Assembly: GCF_006345805.1 (NCBI RefSeq)
Contig: NC_043003.1
Location: 14,880,001-14,944,000 of the forward strand
Length of the DNA: 64,000 nt
Direction of reading: 5' to 3'
From: Octopus sinensis
Lineage: Eukaryota
Under the pieces are notes generated by a model that worked only from the letters and a program-made list of their open reading frames with translations, was not told where the DNA came from and searched no databases. The position numbers and the translations under genes were made by a program. Within the stretch, counting starts at the first letter, position 1, and each line of letters opens with the position of its first letter. This document shows positions 40,424-52,864 of this stretch, one piece after another.

Positions 40424-41325
40424 AACAACAAACAAGATGAGGACAAATATCCGTCAAATGTAAATAATGTAAATAATGTGAATAAAAATAATTGTAAACA
40501 CCAAAATAAGGGTTTTATCAGGGATTGATGATGCCAGCACGAATCTAATCATTCAAGTCTTTGGTGGGCACACGGGTTTGCAAATTTTGGCACAAGGCCA
40601 GTAACTTCAGAGGAAGGGTCAAGTTGATTACATCGACCACCTCCACCACCACCACCCCACCTGTGCTTAACTGGTGCTAATTTTATTGGCACTCTGAGTT
40701 TTGAGGAAAGATTGGCTGTTACTTCTAGCAAATTAAGAAACCATATAGCAGCTCCTACACTGAATTATGATTCAATATTGTTGTTTATAATAGGAGTTCA
40801 TAGAATTTTGGTCGAACGTTTTAATTTGGATCACTTTTAAACAAGAGAATTGTATCATAGGACTTAAATGCAGTCTCAGGCAGGTTGGATGGCAATGTGT
40901 CAGCAAAATAACTGGATTGCCCTTTTGACATTTAAACGATGATAAAGGCTGAAAGAGAAAATGGATACAAGGAACTTAACCCCTTTGTGCCAGCGTTTCT
41001 AGTGAAGTACTTCGTCTATGGGTTTCAATTAATTTTGAAAATAATCAAGAATTTGAAAGGATTTTGTAAAATGACATTTTTTGTTTTTTTTGTTATTAAG
41101 CTGGTGCTTGGAACAGAACTTAATTAAAAGGATTTGAATTAAAACCTTAGTGAAAATTTTTCATTTAAATATGAAATGTGTGGTTAGAAGCTTGCTTTCT
41201 GACCACATGGTTCCAGGTTCAGTTCTGCCGTATGGTACCTTGAACAAGCGTCTTCTACTATATAGCCTCAGTCCGACTAAAACCTTGTGAGTGGATTTGT
41301 TGGCTGGAAACTGAAAGAAGCCTGT

Positions 41326-41592
41326 CAATAAAATTAGCACCAGTTAAGCACGGGTGGGGTGGTGGTGGTGGTGGTTGATGTAATCAACTTGACCCTTCCT
41401 CTGAAGTTACTGGCCTTGTGCCAAAATTTGCAAACCCGTGTGCCTACCAAATACTTGAATGATTAGATTTTTGCTGGCATCATCAATCTCTGATAAAACC
41501 CTTATTTTGGTGTTTACGATTATTTTTATTCACAGTATTTACATTATTTACATTTGACGGATATTTGTCCTCCTCTTGTTTGTTGTTAACAC
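41326..41592 (-). repeat. Local inverted duplicate of 40419-40688
   Basis: Matches as a reverse complement over about 270 bp with roughly ten differences counted by eye, and includes about 200 bp of flank outside element C. Confidence 0.9.
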
Positions 41593-41598
41593 ACACAT

Positions 41599-41635
<37 letters not shown>

Positions 41636-41869
41636 CAGAGAATGGCCAGTAAATCAAAGTTTCATAAATAAATATTCAATTTTATTTATTCATTCCAATT
41701 ATGAATGCTTTGAGTTAAAATCACCATTTTTTTTCAACGTTCATCTATTTATATATGTATTTATATATGTATATATATATATGTATATACATATATGTGT
41801 GTGTGTGTAGATAGATAGATGTATATATACATATGTATATATATGTATATAAATATATGTGTGCATATA

Positions 41870-41914
<45 letters not shown>

Positions 41915-43949
41915 TATATATATTATATATATATGCCCCTTTGTTCTCTCAACCTTAGATGTACAAGGATTTGATAAACTAGTCTATAAATTAAAACTGA
42001 CCCCATAAAAAACAAAAAAATCAGTGACAGGCAGGGTCTGTAACAATGTATATCTTCTTGATACCTTAGTAGCTTCTATGCTGAAGTGAAGACAGAATGT
42101 TCTTTGTCTATCTCCTTAACTTCTTCGAGACTTTAGGTATAATTATACTAATGTGTCCACCTGTTCTAATTTAATTAAATTCTATATTTATATGCAGCTA
42201 AGGATTGCTCTGCCTTTTTAAATTGATGTAATGATTGCATTGTTCAATTAAATGGAGTTGCATGAAACGATCATACTGCATTACCTCTGGATATCCTTGT
42301 TGCTTATTTTGATTGTGTGTGTGTGTGTATGTGTAGCAATATGTATGTATTGTTTGTGTTTGTCCTCCATTACTGCTTGACTACTGGTGCTGGTTTGTTT
42401 ACATTCCCATAACTTGGAGGTTCATCAAAAGATACCGATAGCATAAGAAAGCATCAGGCTTTAAAAAATTCAAGCATCGGGGTTGACTCACTTGACTAAA
42501 CCCTTCAAGGCAGTGCTCCAGCATGGTCACCGTCCAATGACCGAAAACATGTAAAGGGTAAAAGACAAAATAAATTTTGCCCATTTCATCTTTGTTAGAA
42601 AAACTCCCAACTTCCAGGGATCCGTTTCAGATATGAGTAAAAGAAAGGGTTTTATTTATGAGGCCTGACCAATGTTTTACTAAGCAGCAAAAGTGCTCCA
42701 TTGTACCAGGTAGATGTTCCAGGCTTCAAAGAGGTAGCGATAACTAGAATAACATTTGGATTTATCGGCACCACAAAGAAATCATATACATAATTTCCTT
42801 TAAGGTTAGGAATATATTCAGTGACATATTTTTTTCCCTGCTTTGGCAAAGAATTCACTGGAAATATTCCACAGAAAGGGTTGAATTGCAAAGCAACTTT
42901 GGGTGATCATAACCACATTGTTCTCACAATGAGAAATGAGTCAAATCAATGTTTTATGTGTTTATTTATCCATTTATTTTTCTGTTGATAATTTGGATGT
43001 GTTATTGTATTCCAAGAATACTAGAATGGCAGACTCAGTATAAAGAGGTTAGATTATTCGGTTGGTACAGGTGTGGCTGTGTAGTTCTGTGGTTGAGAAA
43101 CTTGCTTCACAATTATGTGGTCTTGGTTTCATTCTCACTGTGTGGCACCTTCGGCAAATATCTTTTACAGTATATATTGCCCTGGATCGCCTAATGCCTT
43201 GTGGTTAAATTTAGTAGACAGAAACTAGGTGGAAGCCCATCACGCATACACACATAGTTCAAAACAAGGTGTATTAGTTTGATTCTCAGGTTAAATGGAA
43301 GAGTCCTTGACATTTCGAGCCTATGCTCTTCAACAGAAATGATAGATGAAGGAAGAAGACAAATTGAGAGAGGAAAAAAAGATATGAATGCTAAATTTGT
43401 GGGGCAGGAGTGGCTGTGTGGTAAGTAGCTTGCTTACCAACCACATGCTTCCGGGTTCAGTCCCACTGCATGGCACCTTGTGCAAGTGTCTTCTACTATA
43501 GCCTCAGGCCAACCAAAGCTTTGTGAGTGGATTTTGTAGACAGAAACTGAAAGAAGCCTGTTGTATATATGTATATGTATATATATGTGTGTCTGTGTTT
43601 GTCCCCCCAACATCGCTTTACAACCGATGCTGGTGTGTTTACGTCCCCGTAACTTAGCAGTTCAGCAAAAGAGACCGATAGAATAAGTACTAGGCTTACA
43701 AAGAATAAACCCTGGGGTCGATTTGCTCGACTAAAGGTGGTGCTCCAGCATGGCCACAGTCAAATGACTGAAACAAGTAAAGAGTATATATATATATATG
43801 GGGGGGTGTCTCTGTGTTTGTCTTACCACCCACCACTGCCACTTGACATCCAGTGTTGGTTTGCTTATATCCCCATAACTTAGGCATTTGGCAAAAGAGA
43901 ATGATTGAAGAAGCACCAGATTTCTCCTTTAGTGTATGTCACATCACTT

Positions 43950-44230
43950 ATGGATGTCGACACCGACTCAAGAACAAATTTCCCTCCAGGTTATGTGAGA
44001 TGATACTGCTCATGCCACATCTGAGACAGTGCACAGTCATGTGTCCCACATGAGTTCATAGACATCTGCCATGCAGGCCTGACCACCAAGCTTGAATGCC
44101 CCTGCATGGTTACAGACAAAAAGTGCTGTGACAAGTTTGGCTTGTTTGACAAAAACAGTGTCTCACAAATTTTGCCTGTTTTTGATTATTTGGCCAATGG
44201 GCAGTAAAGATCCATGTAAAGACTTGCTTG
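43950..44230 (-). mobile_element. Decayed LINE ORF2 C-terminal remnant
   Basis: The minus strand reads LPIGQIIKNRQNL..GGQACMADVYELMWDT..HITWREI, which resembles RTE/L2-type C-termini. Stops are present. Confidence 0.45.
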
Positions 44231-44594
44231 ACATATGACTGGCATAAAGGATGTTAAAGGTCATTTTGTCTGTCTAAACCAGGGGTTGCCATAGGAGGTC
44301 TGAGAGACCCCTAGGAGGAATTACAGGGACCCAATGATGGCTAAGGGGTCAAATGGGGGTTGGCGTGTGATGACCAGCTCACCTAGATGAACTGTTTGAA
44401 ATACTTAATCAGTGCCATGCTCATTCCTCACATTGATGTTCCCAATTTCAATAAAAGATATTTCAATAATATGATGTGCCTCTCAAGTTTTCTAACCATG
44501 AAAACAATTTCATAAAAATTGCAAGTTCAATTCTGTATACATTATTTACATTATTTACAATTGATGGATATTTGTCCTCATCTTGTTTGTTGTT

Positions 44595-44640
44595 AACGCA
44601 ACATTTCGGCCGATATACCCTCCAGCCTTCATCAGGTGTC
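44595..44640 (-). ncRNA. Minimal type I hammerhead motif
   Basis: GACAC-CUGAUGA-A-GGCUG-GAGGGUAUAU-CGGCC-GAAA-UG-UU-GCGUU; stem I has a mismatch. Confidence 0.65.
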
Positions 44641-44786
44641 TTTGGGGAAATTTCAAACCTGGGTTCTCATTCCTAAAGTATTTTTCAATGTTATTATTAT
44701 TTTTATTTGGAGTTAGTATGGCATAGTGGTTAAGAGCGCAGGCTACTAACCCCAAGATTCCAAGTTTGATACCAGGCAGTGAGCTG

Positions 44787-44829
<43 letters not shown>

Positions 44830-44877
44830 TTGCAAAATACTTTAGGAATGAGAACCCAGGTTCGAAATTTCCCCAAA

Positions 44878-44923
44878 GACACCTGATGAAGGCTGGAGGG
44901 TATATCAGCCGAAATGTTATGTT
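44878..44923 (+). ncRNA. Minimal type I hammerhead motif
   Basis: GACAC-CUGAUGA-A-GGCUG-GAGGGUAUAU-CAGCC-GAAA-UG-UU-AUGUU; the first stem I pair is broken. Confidence 0.65.
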
Positions 44924-47265
44924 AACAACAAACAAGATGAGGACAAATATCCATCAAATGTAAATAATGTACATAATTCCTCAACTCTTAAATATTGAAA
45001 CTGTTTAATACTGTACACTCTTGCACTTAGTTTTAAATGCAAAATGTGTATCATCATCAATAGAATTTCTTAATTTGTCATACATATATATTTTAGCTAA
45101 CATTTTAATTGCCAACATCAGTAGCCGGTACTCATTTAAGATATGGTATGGTATGGTCAGGTATCAAGATATTTTAAATGAGGAGGGTGGTCAATGTAGA
45201 AGGAGATGTGGCTAAAGGGTCGGAAAAGTTTGGTGGCCCCTGGTCTAAACTCTTCCTAGCAACACTGTGGGATAGCTGCAAGTACAATGAGTGAAATAAG
45301 TAAAAGAAAAAATATATAATTGCTTTCTAAGAATGCTAGAATAAGTCTCGGTGGAATCTTAGATCTATTTGTAGAAGATGTAATTGGTCTTTTTGACAGG
45401 TATAACATGTTTGTTGTGCTTCATGTCATAATTTATTGTAGTTTCAGGTAAAACAGCCTCAGTTGTTGTGACACATGTAGTAATTAGCACGTGCTTCATT
45501 TGTGTTAAGCTCATTTAAGAATGGTAGACTTAACCCTTTTGTTACTCTATCTCAGTTGAAATACACTACTTTAGATTCACTAAATTTCTAAAATAAGGAA
45601 TTACTCTTTTACTCTTTTACTTGTTCCTGTCATTTGACTGTGGCCATGCTGGAGCACCGCCTTTAGTCGAGCAAATCGACCCCGGGACTTATTCTTTGTA
45701 AGCCTAGTACTTATTCTACCGGTCTCTTTTACCGAACCGCTAAGTTCCGGGATCGTAAACACACCAGCATTGGTTGTCAAGCAATGTTGTGGGGGGACAA
45801 ACACAGACACATGAACACACACACGCATATATATATATACATATATATACGACGGTCTTCTTTCAGTTTCTGTCTACCAAATCCACTCACAAGGCTTTGA
45901 TCAGCCCGAGGCTATAGTAGAAGACACTTGCCCAAGGTGCCACACAGTGTGACTGAACCCGGAACCATGTGGTTCGTAAACAATTAAGTACAATAATTTT
46001 GCTATTATTAAGCTGGTGTCTGGAACATTAATTAACAAGGTATTGTGACAGAAAGTCATCATCATCATCATCATCATCATTTAACACCCATTTTCTATGC
46101 TAGCATGAGTTGGACGATTTGATATGAGTCAGTAAGGCTTGTGTCGTTTCTACACCTGGAAGCTCTTCCTAATGCCAATCACTTCACAGAGTGTACCAGG
46201 TGCTTTTTACATGGCACAGTCATCAGGGCTTTTTACGTGGCACCATCACCAGTGCTTTTTATGGTCATAATTTAAATTATTTAAGACTAGAAAGGTTGTA
46301 TCATTGAACCTAGGGTGGTCTCAGGCAGGCTGGTATTAAAACAGTTAATCCATCATCCAGGCCAATGCCATCACTTAGCCCTTGGATGCATTCAGCCGAA
46401 TCCACCCTGTTGTAAATCAGGTCTTTTGTCTAAGGATAACTTTCATCTTTCTTTCCACCAGTGAAAAAAAAGGGTCATAGGCAATATCGTTTCTCATCTA
46501 AGGTGGCAAGATGGCAGAATCGTTAGCATGCCGGGCAAAATGCTTAGAGGTATTTCATCTGTCTTTACGTTATGAGTTCAAATTCCACTGAAGTCGACTT
46601 TGCCTTTCATCCTTTTGGGGTTGATAAATTAAGTACCAGTTGTATACTGGGGTCGATCTAATCGACTGGACCCCTCCCCCAAAATTTCAGGCCTTGTGCC
46701 TAGGCTAAAAAAGAAAATAATATCCTTTGTCATCTGAGTTGTTAAAATGTTGAACGGTACGTTTTGTGGTATTTGTTTTAACTCCAGCATTCTGAGTTCA
46801 AATTCCAGCAAAGACAGCTTTGTTTTTCATCCTTTTGGTATTGATAAAAAAAAATAGCACCTATCTGGGACGGTGAAATGATAGAAATGTAAAAATACCA
46901 GACTGGATGCCTTGTGGCATTTGTTCTATATCTGCTGCATTCTATAGACAAATCCTACCATGGCCTACATGGTGGGCTAACCAATTCCATTGCCTAGTTT
47001 AATGCCGCCAACTGGAACCTAAGGCACATTTAGCAGAGTCCACTCTGATACAGACATTTAGGCCAGGTCTCTGATTGATAATACTTACCTTCTTCTTCTT
47101 TCACCTCATAAGTCTTGGAGACTTTATTAGAAGCAATGGGTGCTGGCCTTCCTCTTGACTAAAAAATAAAATCATTAAAAAACTAGAAGGGGTTCTTTAT
47201 CAGAGTCTATTTGTAGTTTAATCCTTTTAGCATTCAGATCATTCTATCAAATGTAACACTTATTT

Positions 47266-47790
47266 AAATAATAATAATAATGAAATTATTATATACAGTG
47301 CTCAGGTGCACCACAACTTGTCAAAAGTGCGTATAAAGCATATGGAGTAATGTACAAATGTCTGGGAAGTGAACAGTGTATGAGTCAGATACATGCTTGC
47401 ATGTGAATGGAGGGAAGAAAATCAGGTGTAGTGTTGGCGAATCTCAGCAAGCATGGAAGTTTTGAAGGATGCAGTGCTCCGACAACTAACAACTGACGCC
47501 GGCAGTTTGTTCCATACTTCAGCAACTCTTAGCATGAAAAAATGTTTCCGAAAGTCATGGGAGCTGTGCTGTTTTCTGACTTTGTAAACATGTCCACGGG
47601 TGTTAGACAGGTGGAGTTTGAAAAGGTGCTCAGAGTTATTGTTAGTAAGATGGTTAATAATTTTATGGGTGTCTGCCAAGTCAGCTACCAGATGTCGGAG
47701 TTTCAATGTATCCATGCTCAGGGAAGTAAGGTGTTCAGAATATGGCAAATGTCTGATGGATGGTATTCATTTTGAAGAGGTGTGTCAGCA
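47266..47790 (-). mobile_element. CR1-clade LINE 3' fragment, same family as 2830-3306
   Basis: ORF 47422-47748 reads MDTLKLRHLVADLADTHK..TRGHVYK..RVAEVWNKLPASVV, with a matching 3' UTR and a (TAA)n tail. Confidence 0.85.
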
Positions 47791-47989
47791 AAATTTGTAA
47801 CATAGCTGATTTTTTTACTTACAGACTTGAAATTTAGTCAGTAGGTGTCTTTAAAAAACCCCCAATGATTTACAGTTATGTACTTACAATAAAAGCAGGA
47901 ATAAATATTGGTGTTATATCATTTGACTGTATTGCTGTAATATTTTGAATGGCATCCTGAAGATTTTCATCATTTTTTATTACCAAAAA

Positions 47990-48140
47990 ATACTCTTCTA
48001 CATTGAATGAATTCAGAAACATCTATATCTGTTTCAGCCAAAGACATGCCACTGTTATTTTCTTCTACATTTTGGAAGTCTTCAAGTGTAAATCCTTCCT
48101 AGTCAGAATCACTACTTGTTGAAGCCATATCAGGAATTAC
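47990..48140 (-). pseudogene. Possible piggyBac-like transposase N-terminal remnant
   Basis: MASTSSDSD*EGFTLEDFQNVEE..ETDIDVSE resembles the acidic DSDxEFEGF starts of piggyBac-type transposases. This rests on resemblance only. Confidence 0.35.
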
Positions 48141-49493
48141 AAGAAAAACAGCTCCACTTCAAATGATGGGAAAGAAACACAATGTTTATATTCGTATTTT
48201 GGCAGAAATGGTTTTATCTCACGTTATCTCAAGGCTACAAGATTTTGATGGTATGATTCTTTTATCTTTTATCTTTCATTTGTATCAGTCATTAGACAGT
48301 GACCATACTGGGGCACCACCTTCAGGAATTTTAGTCTAATGAATCAACCTCAGTACACTATTTTTTTAAAGTCTGATACTTATTTTATCGGTCTCTTTTG
48401 CTGAACCACTAGGTTATGAGGACATAAACAAACCAACACCAGTTGTTAAGTGGTGGTGGTGGTGGTGGTGGTGGACAAACACAAACAAAAAAACACACAC
48501 ATATATATTCTTTTACTCTTTTCCTTGTTTCAGTCATTTGACTGTGGCCATGCTGGAGCACTGCCTTTAGTCGAGCAAATCAACCCCAGGACTTATTCTT
48601 TGTAAGCCTAGTACTTATTCTATCAGTCTCTTTTGCTGAACCACTAAGTTACGGGGATGTAAACACACTAGCATCAGTTGTCAAGTGATGTTGGGGGGAC
48701 AGACACACAGACATATCACACACATACATATATATACATCTATACGACGGGCTTCTTTTAGTTTCCGTCTACCAAATCCACTCACAAGGCCTTGGTCAGC
48801 CTGAGGCTATAGTAGAAGACACTTGCCCAAGCTGCCACACAGTGGGACTGAACCCAGAACCATGTGGTTGGTAAGCAAGCTACTTACCACACAGCCACTT
48901 GACAGGCTTCTTTTAGTTTCCCTCTCCCAAATCCATTCACAAAGCTTTGGCTGGCCCAGAGTTATAGTAGAAGACACTGGCTCAAGTTGCTACGCAGTAG
49001 GACTGAACCTGGAACCAGGCAGCTAAGAAACAAACTTCTTACCACACAGCCACACCTGTACCACACTTATTTAAATGTTTATTTTCAGAATGATACCATA
49101 AGCTGGTTATGAGAGACTGGATACGGTCAGTTTGAACATTAAACAAGAATATTTTGGCTGGATATGGTCAGTTTAAAAGCTAAAGGGTTAAGATAACAAA
49201 ACGTTGAAATCAGTTTTAATATAATTCCGTACACAATTTTGGTTGTTGAGATTGCTTGGAAATTGGTCTGGAAATTCTGCTACTGCAGGACATACTTTTC
49301 TTCTTAATACATTTTGTAGTTTCTATGATTGTGTGTTATAGATTAATCAACCTGGCAGAGACCATTTCTCCATAGAATATTAGGTTATTGAAGAATGGCT
49401 GGAAATTACAAACACATCATCATCATCATCAGCAGCAGCAGCATCACTACCACTACCACCACCACCACCACCACCACCACCATCATCATAATC

Positions 49494-49527
<34 letters not shown>

Positions 49528-49538
49528 TCACCACCACC

Positions 49539-49569
<31 letters not shown>

Positions 49570-52500
49570 CCACCACCACCACCACCACCACCACCAGCGT
49601 CATCATCATCATCAGCACCAGCATCATCATCATCATCACCACCACCACCATCATCTTCCTCACCACCACCATCACCACCACCACCACCACCACCACCATC
49701 ATCATCCTCTTCATCACCACCACCACCACCACCACCACCACCACCACCATCACCACCACCACCACATTGATGATGATGATGATAATGATGATGATGATAA
49801 TGATAATGATGATGATGATGATCATCATCACAAACACCATCATCATTTAATGTCTATTTTCCATGCTGGCATGGGTTGGATGGTTTGACAGGATCTGATG
49901 AACCACACTGCTGCACACCATGCCCCATGTCAGCTTTGGCATGGCTTCTACATCTGGATGTCTTGTGAAGAACAAATTCCCAGTTGAGGTGTTTTACATA
50001 TATTGATATGAAACACCTTAATTGAGAATTAAACCTGTATGACAAAAGTTGTAAGAATCTTGGTAAGCAGGACCCTTTTTTTTTTATATCACTGTATGTT
50101 GGAAGAAATTCAATATCCATGACCCTTTACAAGACCTCCAAGACTGGTTGGTAGGATAGCGGGTTACCATATTACATGTAACACATGGGATGTAAAAAGC
50201 ACCTTTTGAATGTTGGGCCTCACAGAAGCAGTGACAAGTGACCAAAACCTTTGGTGATATGCTGTGCTTGAGAAGACTCATCAAGCCAAGGGAAATCATA
50301 GCTGTGGCCGATACTGGTGGCACGTAAATAGCACTCATTTCAGTCTAGCTAGTTTCAGTCTAACCATCTAACTCATGCCAACACGGAAAGCAGATGCCAA
50401 ATGATGATGACGACGACAATGAGGATTTCTGTTGAAAACATTATCATCCTGTCACACTGCTTGTACAGTTTCCCCTCGCTCTCTTTTGGTGTCAATTTCT
50501 TATTTCTTTTTTGCCCACAAGGGGCTAAACATAGAGGGGACAAACAAGGACAGACAAATGGATTAAGTCGATTACATCAACTCCAGTACGTAACTGGTAC
50601 TTAATTTATCGACCCCGAAAGGATGAAAGGCAAAGTTGACCTTGGTGGAATTTGAACTCAGAACGTAATGGCAGACGAAATAACGCTAAGCATTTTGCCC
50701 GGCGTGCTAATGTTTCTGCCAGCTCTCCACCTTTGCCGTCAATTTCTATCGTTCATTTGAATTGGGAGCTTGAGTCATACATAGTGACTCTTTCATCCAT
50801 AGGGATGTGCAGCAGTTTCTCTCCCTCGGAATGTGGAGCAGTTTCTCTCTTGATAGCTCTTGATGATTCTAACCGTTGATCTTCCAGGATTCCTCTGCTC
50901 AGCATCAATGGAACAAGCATCATTGGCTCAGTTGAGCTCTTCTGCTGCTGCCTCTTCACAATCCACCATGTGGCAGTCCCATGACTTTACTGTATCCCTG
51001 GTAGGGTAGCCAAACAGGTGCTACGTCTTGCCCAAAGGGCAGCCCATAGCTATGCAGGGCATGGTCATCACTCTGTAAGATATTTTCAAAATCCCTGCTT
51101 ACCCACTTTTGTCAAGACAGCTTTTAGCAGAGTCCATTTTGATGCAAATATTCAGACTTAGTCCCTGATTTCAATGTGAATTCCTCCCTCCCTCACACCA
51201 ACCAGTTTTGAAGGTCTTGTAAAGGGTCAAGGGTACTGCCCTTCTTCCAGACACAGTGATATAAAAGAAAGTACATTTTTTTTACACCCTTTTTTTTACC
51301 AATAAATTTTGAAAATAAAGAATTTAATAAAATATCTTGGTGTTTAGAACATAAATTAACAATTTAATGCAAAATTTTAATTTAGATATTTTTAAATAGT
51401 TTGTACCATAGAATTAGGGGCACACTCAACTTGGTAAGTACCAAAAGGGTTCAACTAGGTAAAGGATAAATCTAAACCCAAATGGACTACAATGGGACTT
51501 GAACCCAAGGAGCAAGAACCTAGAATAAATACCATAAGGCATTTTGTCTGATGCTCTCATGACTCTGCCAAGTCGCCACCATTAAACTAAGAACTTACCA
51601 TTATACCATATCCACTCCCTTACAAAATTTGGCCAGGTGCCTAGTGAAAAAAACAACATAAAAAATCAATAGATTCACACAGTTGTTGAACATCTTTTCG
51701 ACATTTAATTCTCAATTTCTAGCAAGTTCCTGGCATATTTCCTGTCTTTTATCTAAATTTACTTCTCAGAAACAAAATGTATATTCTTCTTTGTTGGCGG
51801 AGAAGGTAATCATGATGGGGTGTTGGGTAAGAAACGCTGCCAATTTTCCATTCTTTCAAGATACTTTTGTGAGCTTGCTGTAACAAACTGTTTATCATAC
51901 TTTGGTTTCATGGCAGTACCGCTATCATGATTGGTATCGACGCTTCCATCATCATCATCACCACCACTACCACCACCACCACCACCACCACCACCACCAC
52001 CACTATCACCACCCACTACCATCATCATCATCACCATCATTGTTATCATCCCCATTAAAGATCGTCGTTGTTGCTGTTGTTGTTGTTGTTGTTGTTGCTA
52101 ATGCCGTTGTCATTCTGCCGCTCTTCATCGTTATCTTTACCGTTATTATTACTCATTGTTTTCCTCGTCATCAACCATCAGCCTTATTACCTATAATCAC
52201 CACCCCCGCCGCCGCCACCACCGCTATAATAAAACACCCCACCACCTACTCTATTAACATATGGTATTAGCAAAACCTGCACATAAAACTCCAAATCTAA
52301 ATCTATAATGTGTATGCATTAAACACTTATAAACACATACATACACACATATACACATATATATATATACACACACACATACACACATATACACATATAT
52401 ATTCATATACACATATAGACACACACAAAACGTATATGGAACATATAAGCGAGATACTGTCTCCACCATGTCTGAGAAAGCAGTAACTTTAAACAAAATC

Positions 52501-52864
52501 TGGCTTGGATTGTGTAGATCCTTCCGACACATGCCGGCATGAAAGATGAGACATAAAATAACGATGAGAATAGTGATGATATATTTATCTCTATCCAACT
52601 ATCAATCTATCTATCTATCTATCTATCAATCTATCTATCTACCTATCTATCTGTCTGTCTGTCTGTCTATCTATATATATCTATCTGTCTGTCTGTTTGT
52701 CTGTCAGTCTGTTTGTCTATCTATATAATACATATATACTTATATATACATACATATATATATGTGTGTGCATACATACATACATATATATATATATATA
52801 ACCATATGTAAATATATATATACATATACATACATATAACCATATGTAAATATATGTATATAAC

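Larger units (their letters stand above)
40061..40481. mobile_element. Family 1 copy C: inverted arms around a tRNA-like head
   Basis: Reverse tail 40061-40230; head from 40231 (A box TGGCATAGTGG 40238-40248, B box GTTCGATTC 40283-40291); (AAT)n; forward tail. 12-bp TSD ATAAAAATAATT at 40049-40060 and 40482-40493. Confidence 0.9.
44541..45003. mobile_element. Family 1 copy E: inverted arms, tRNA-like head, (AAC)n linker
   Basis: Reverse tail plus (TTA)n, then head, (AAC)n and a forward tail ending ..CTTAAATATTGAAACTG. Probable 15-bp TSD TTCAATTCTGTATAC / TTTAATACTGTACAC (12/15 identical). Confidence 0.85.
44280..45242. mobile_element. Non-autonomous hAT-type element hosting family 1 copy E
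   Basis: Exact 8-bp TSD GTCTAAAC at 44272-44279 and 45243-45250. Ends CAGGGGTTGCC and GGTGGCCCCTG. Confidence 0.8.

Noticed and set aside
50750-51180. Possible LINE endonuclease remnant on the minus strand
   Set aside because: Only a vague motif resemblance across several frames; too weak to call.
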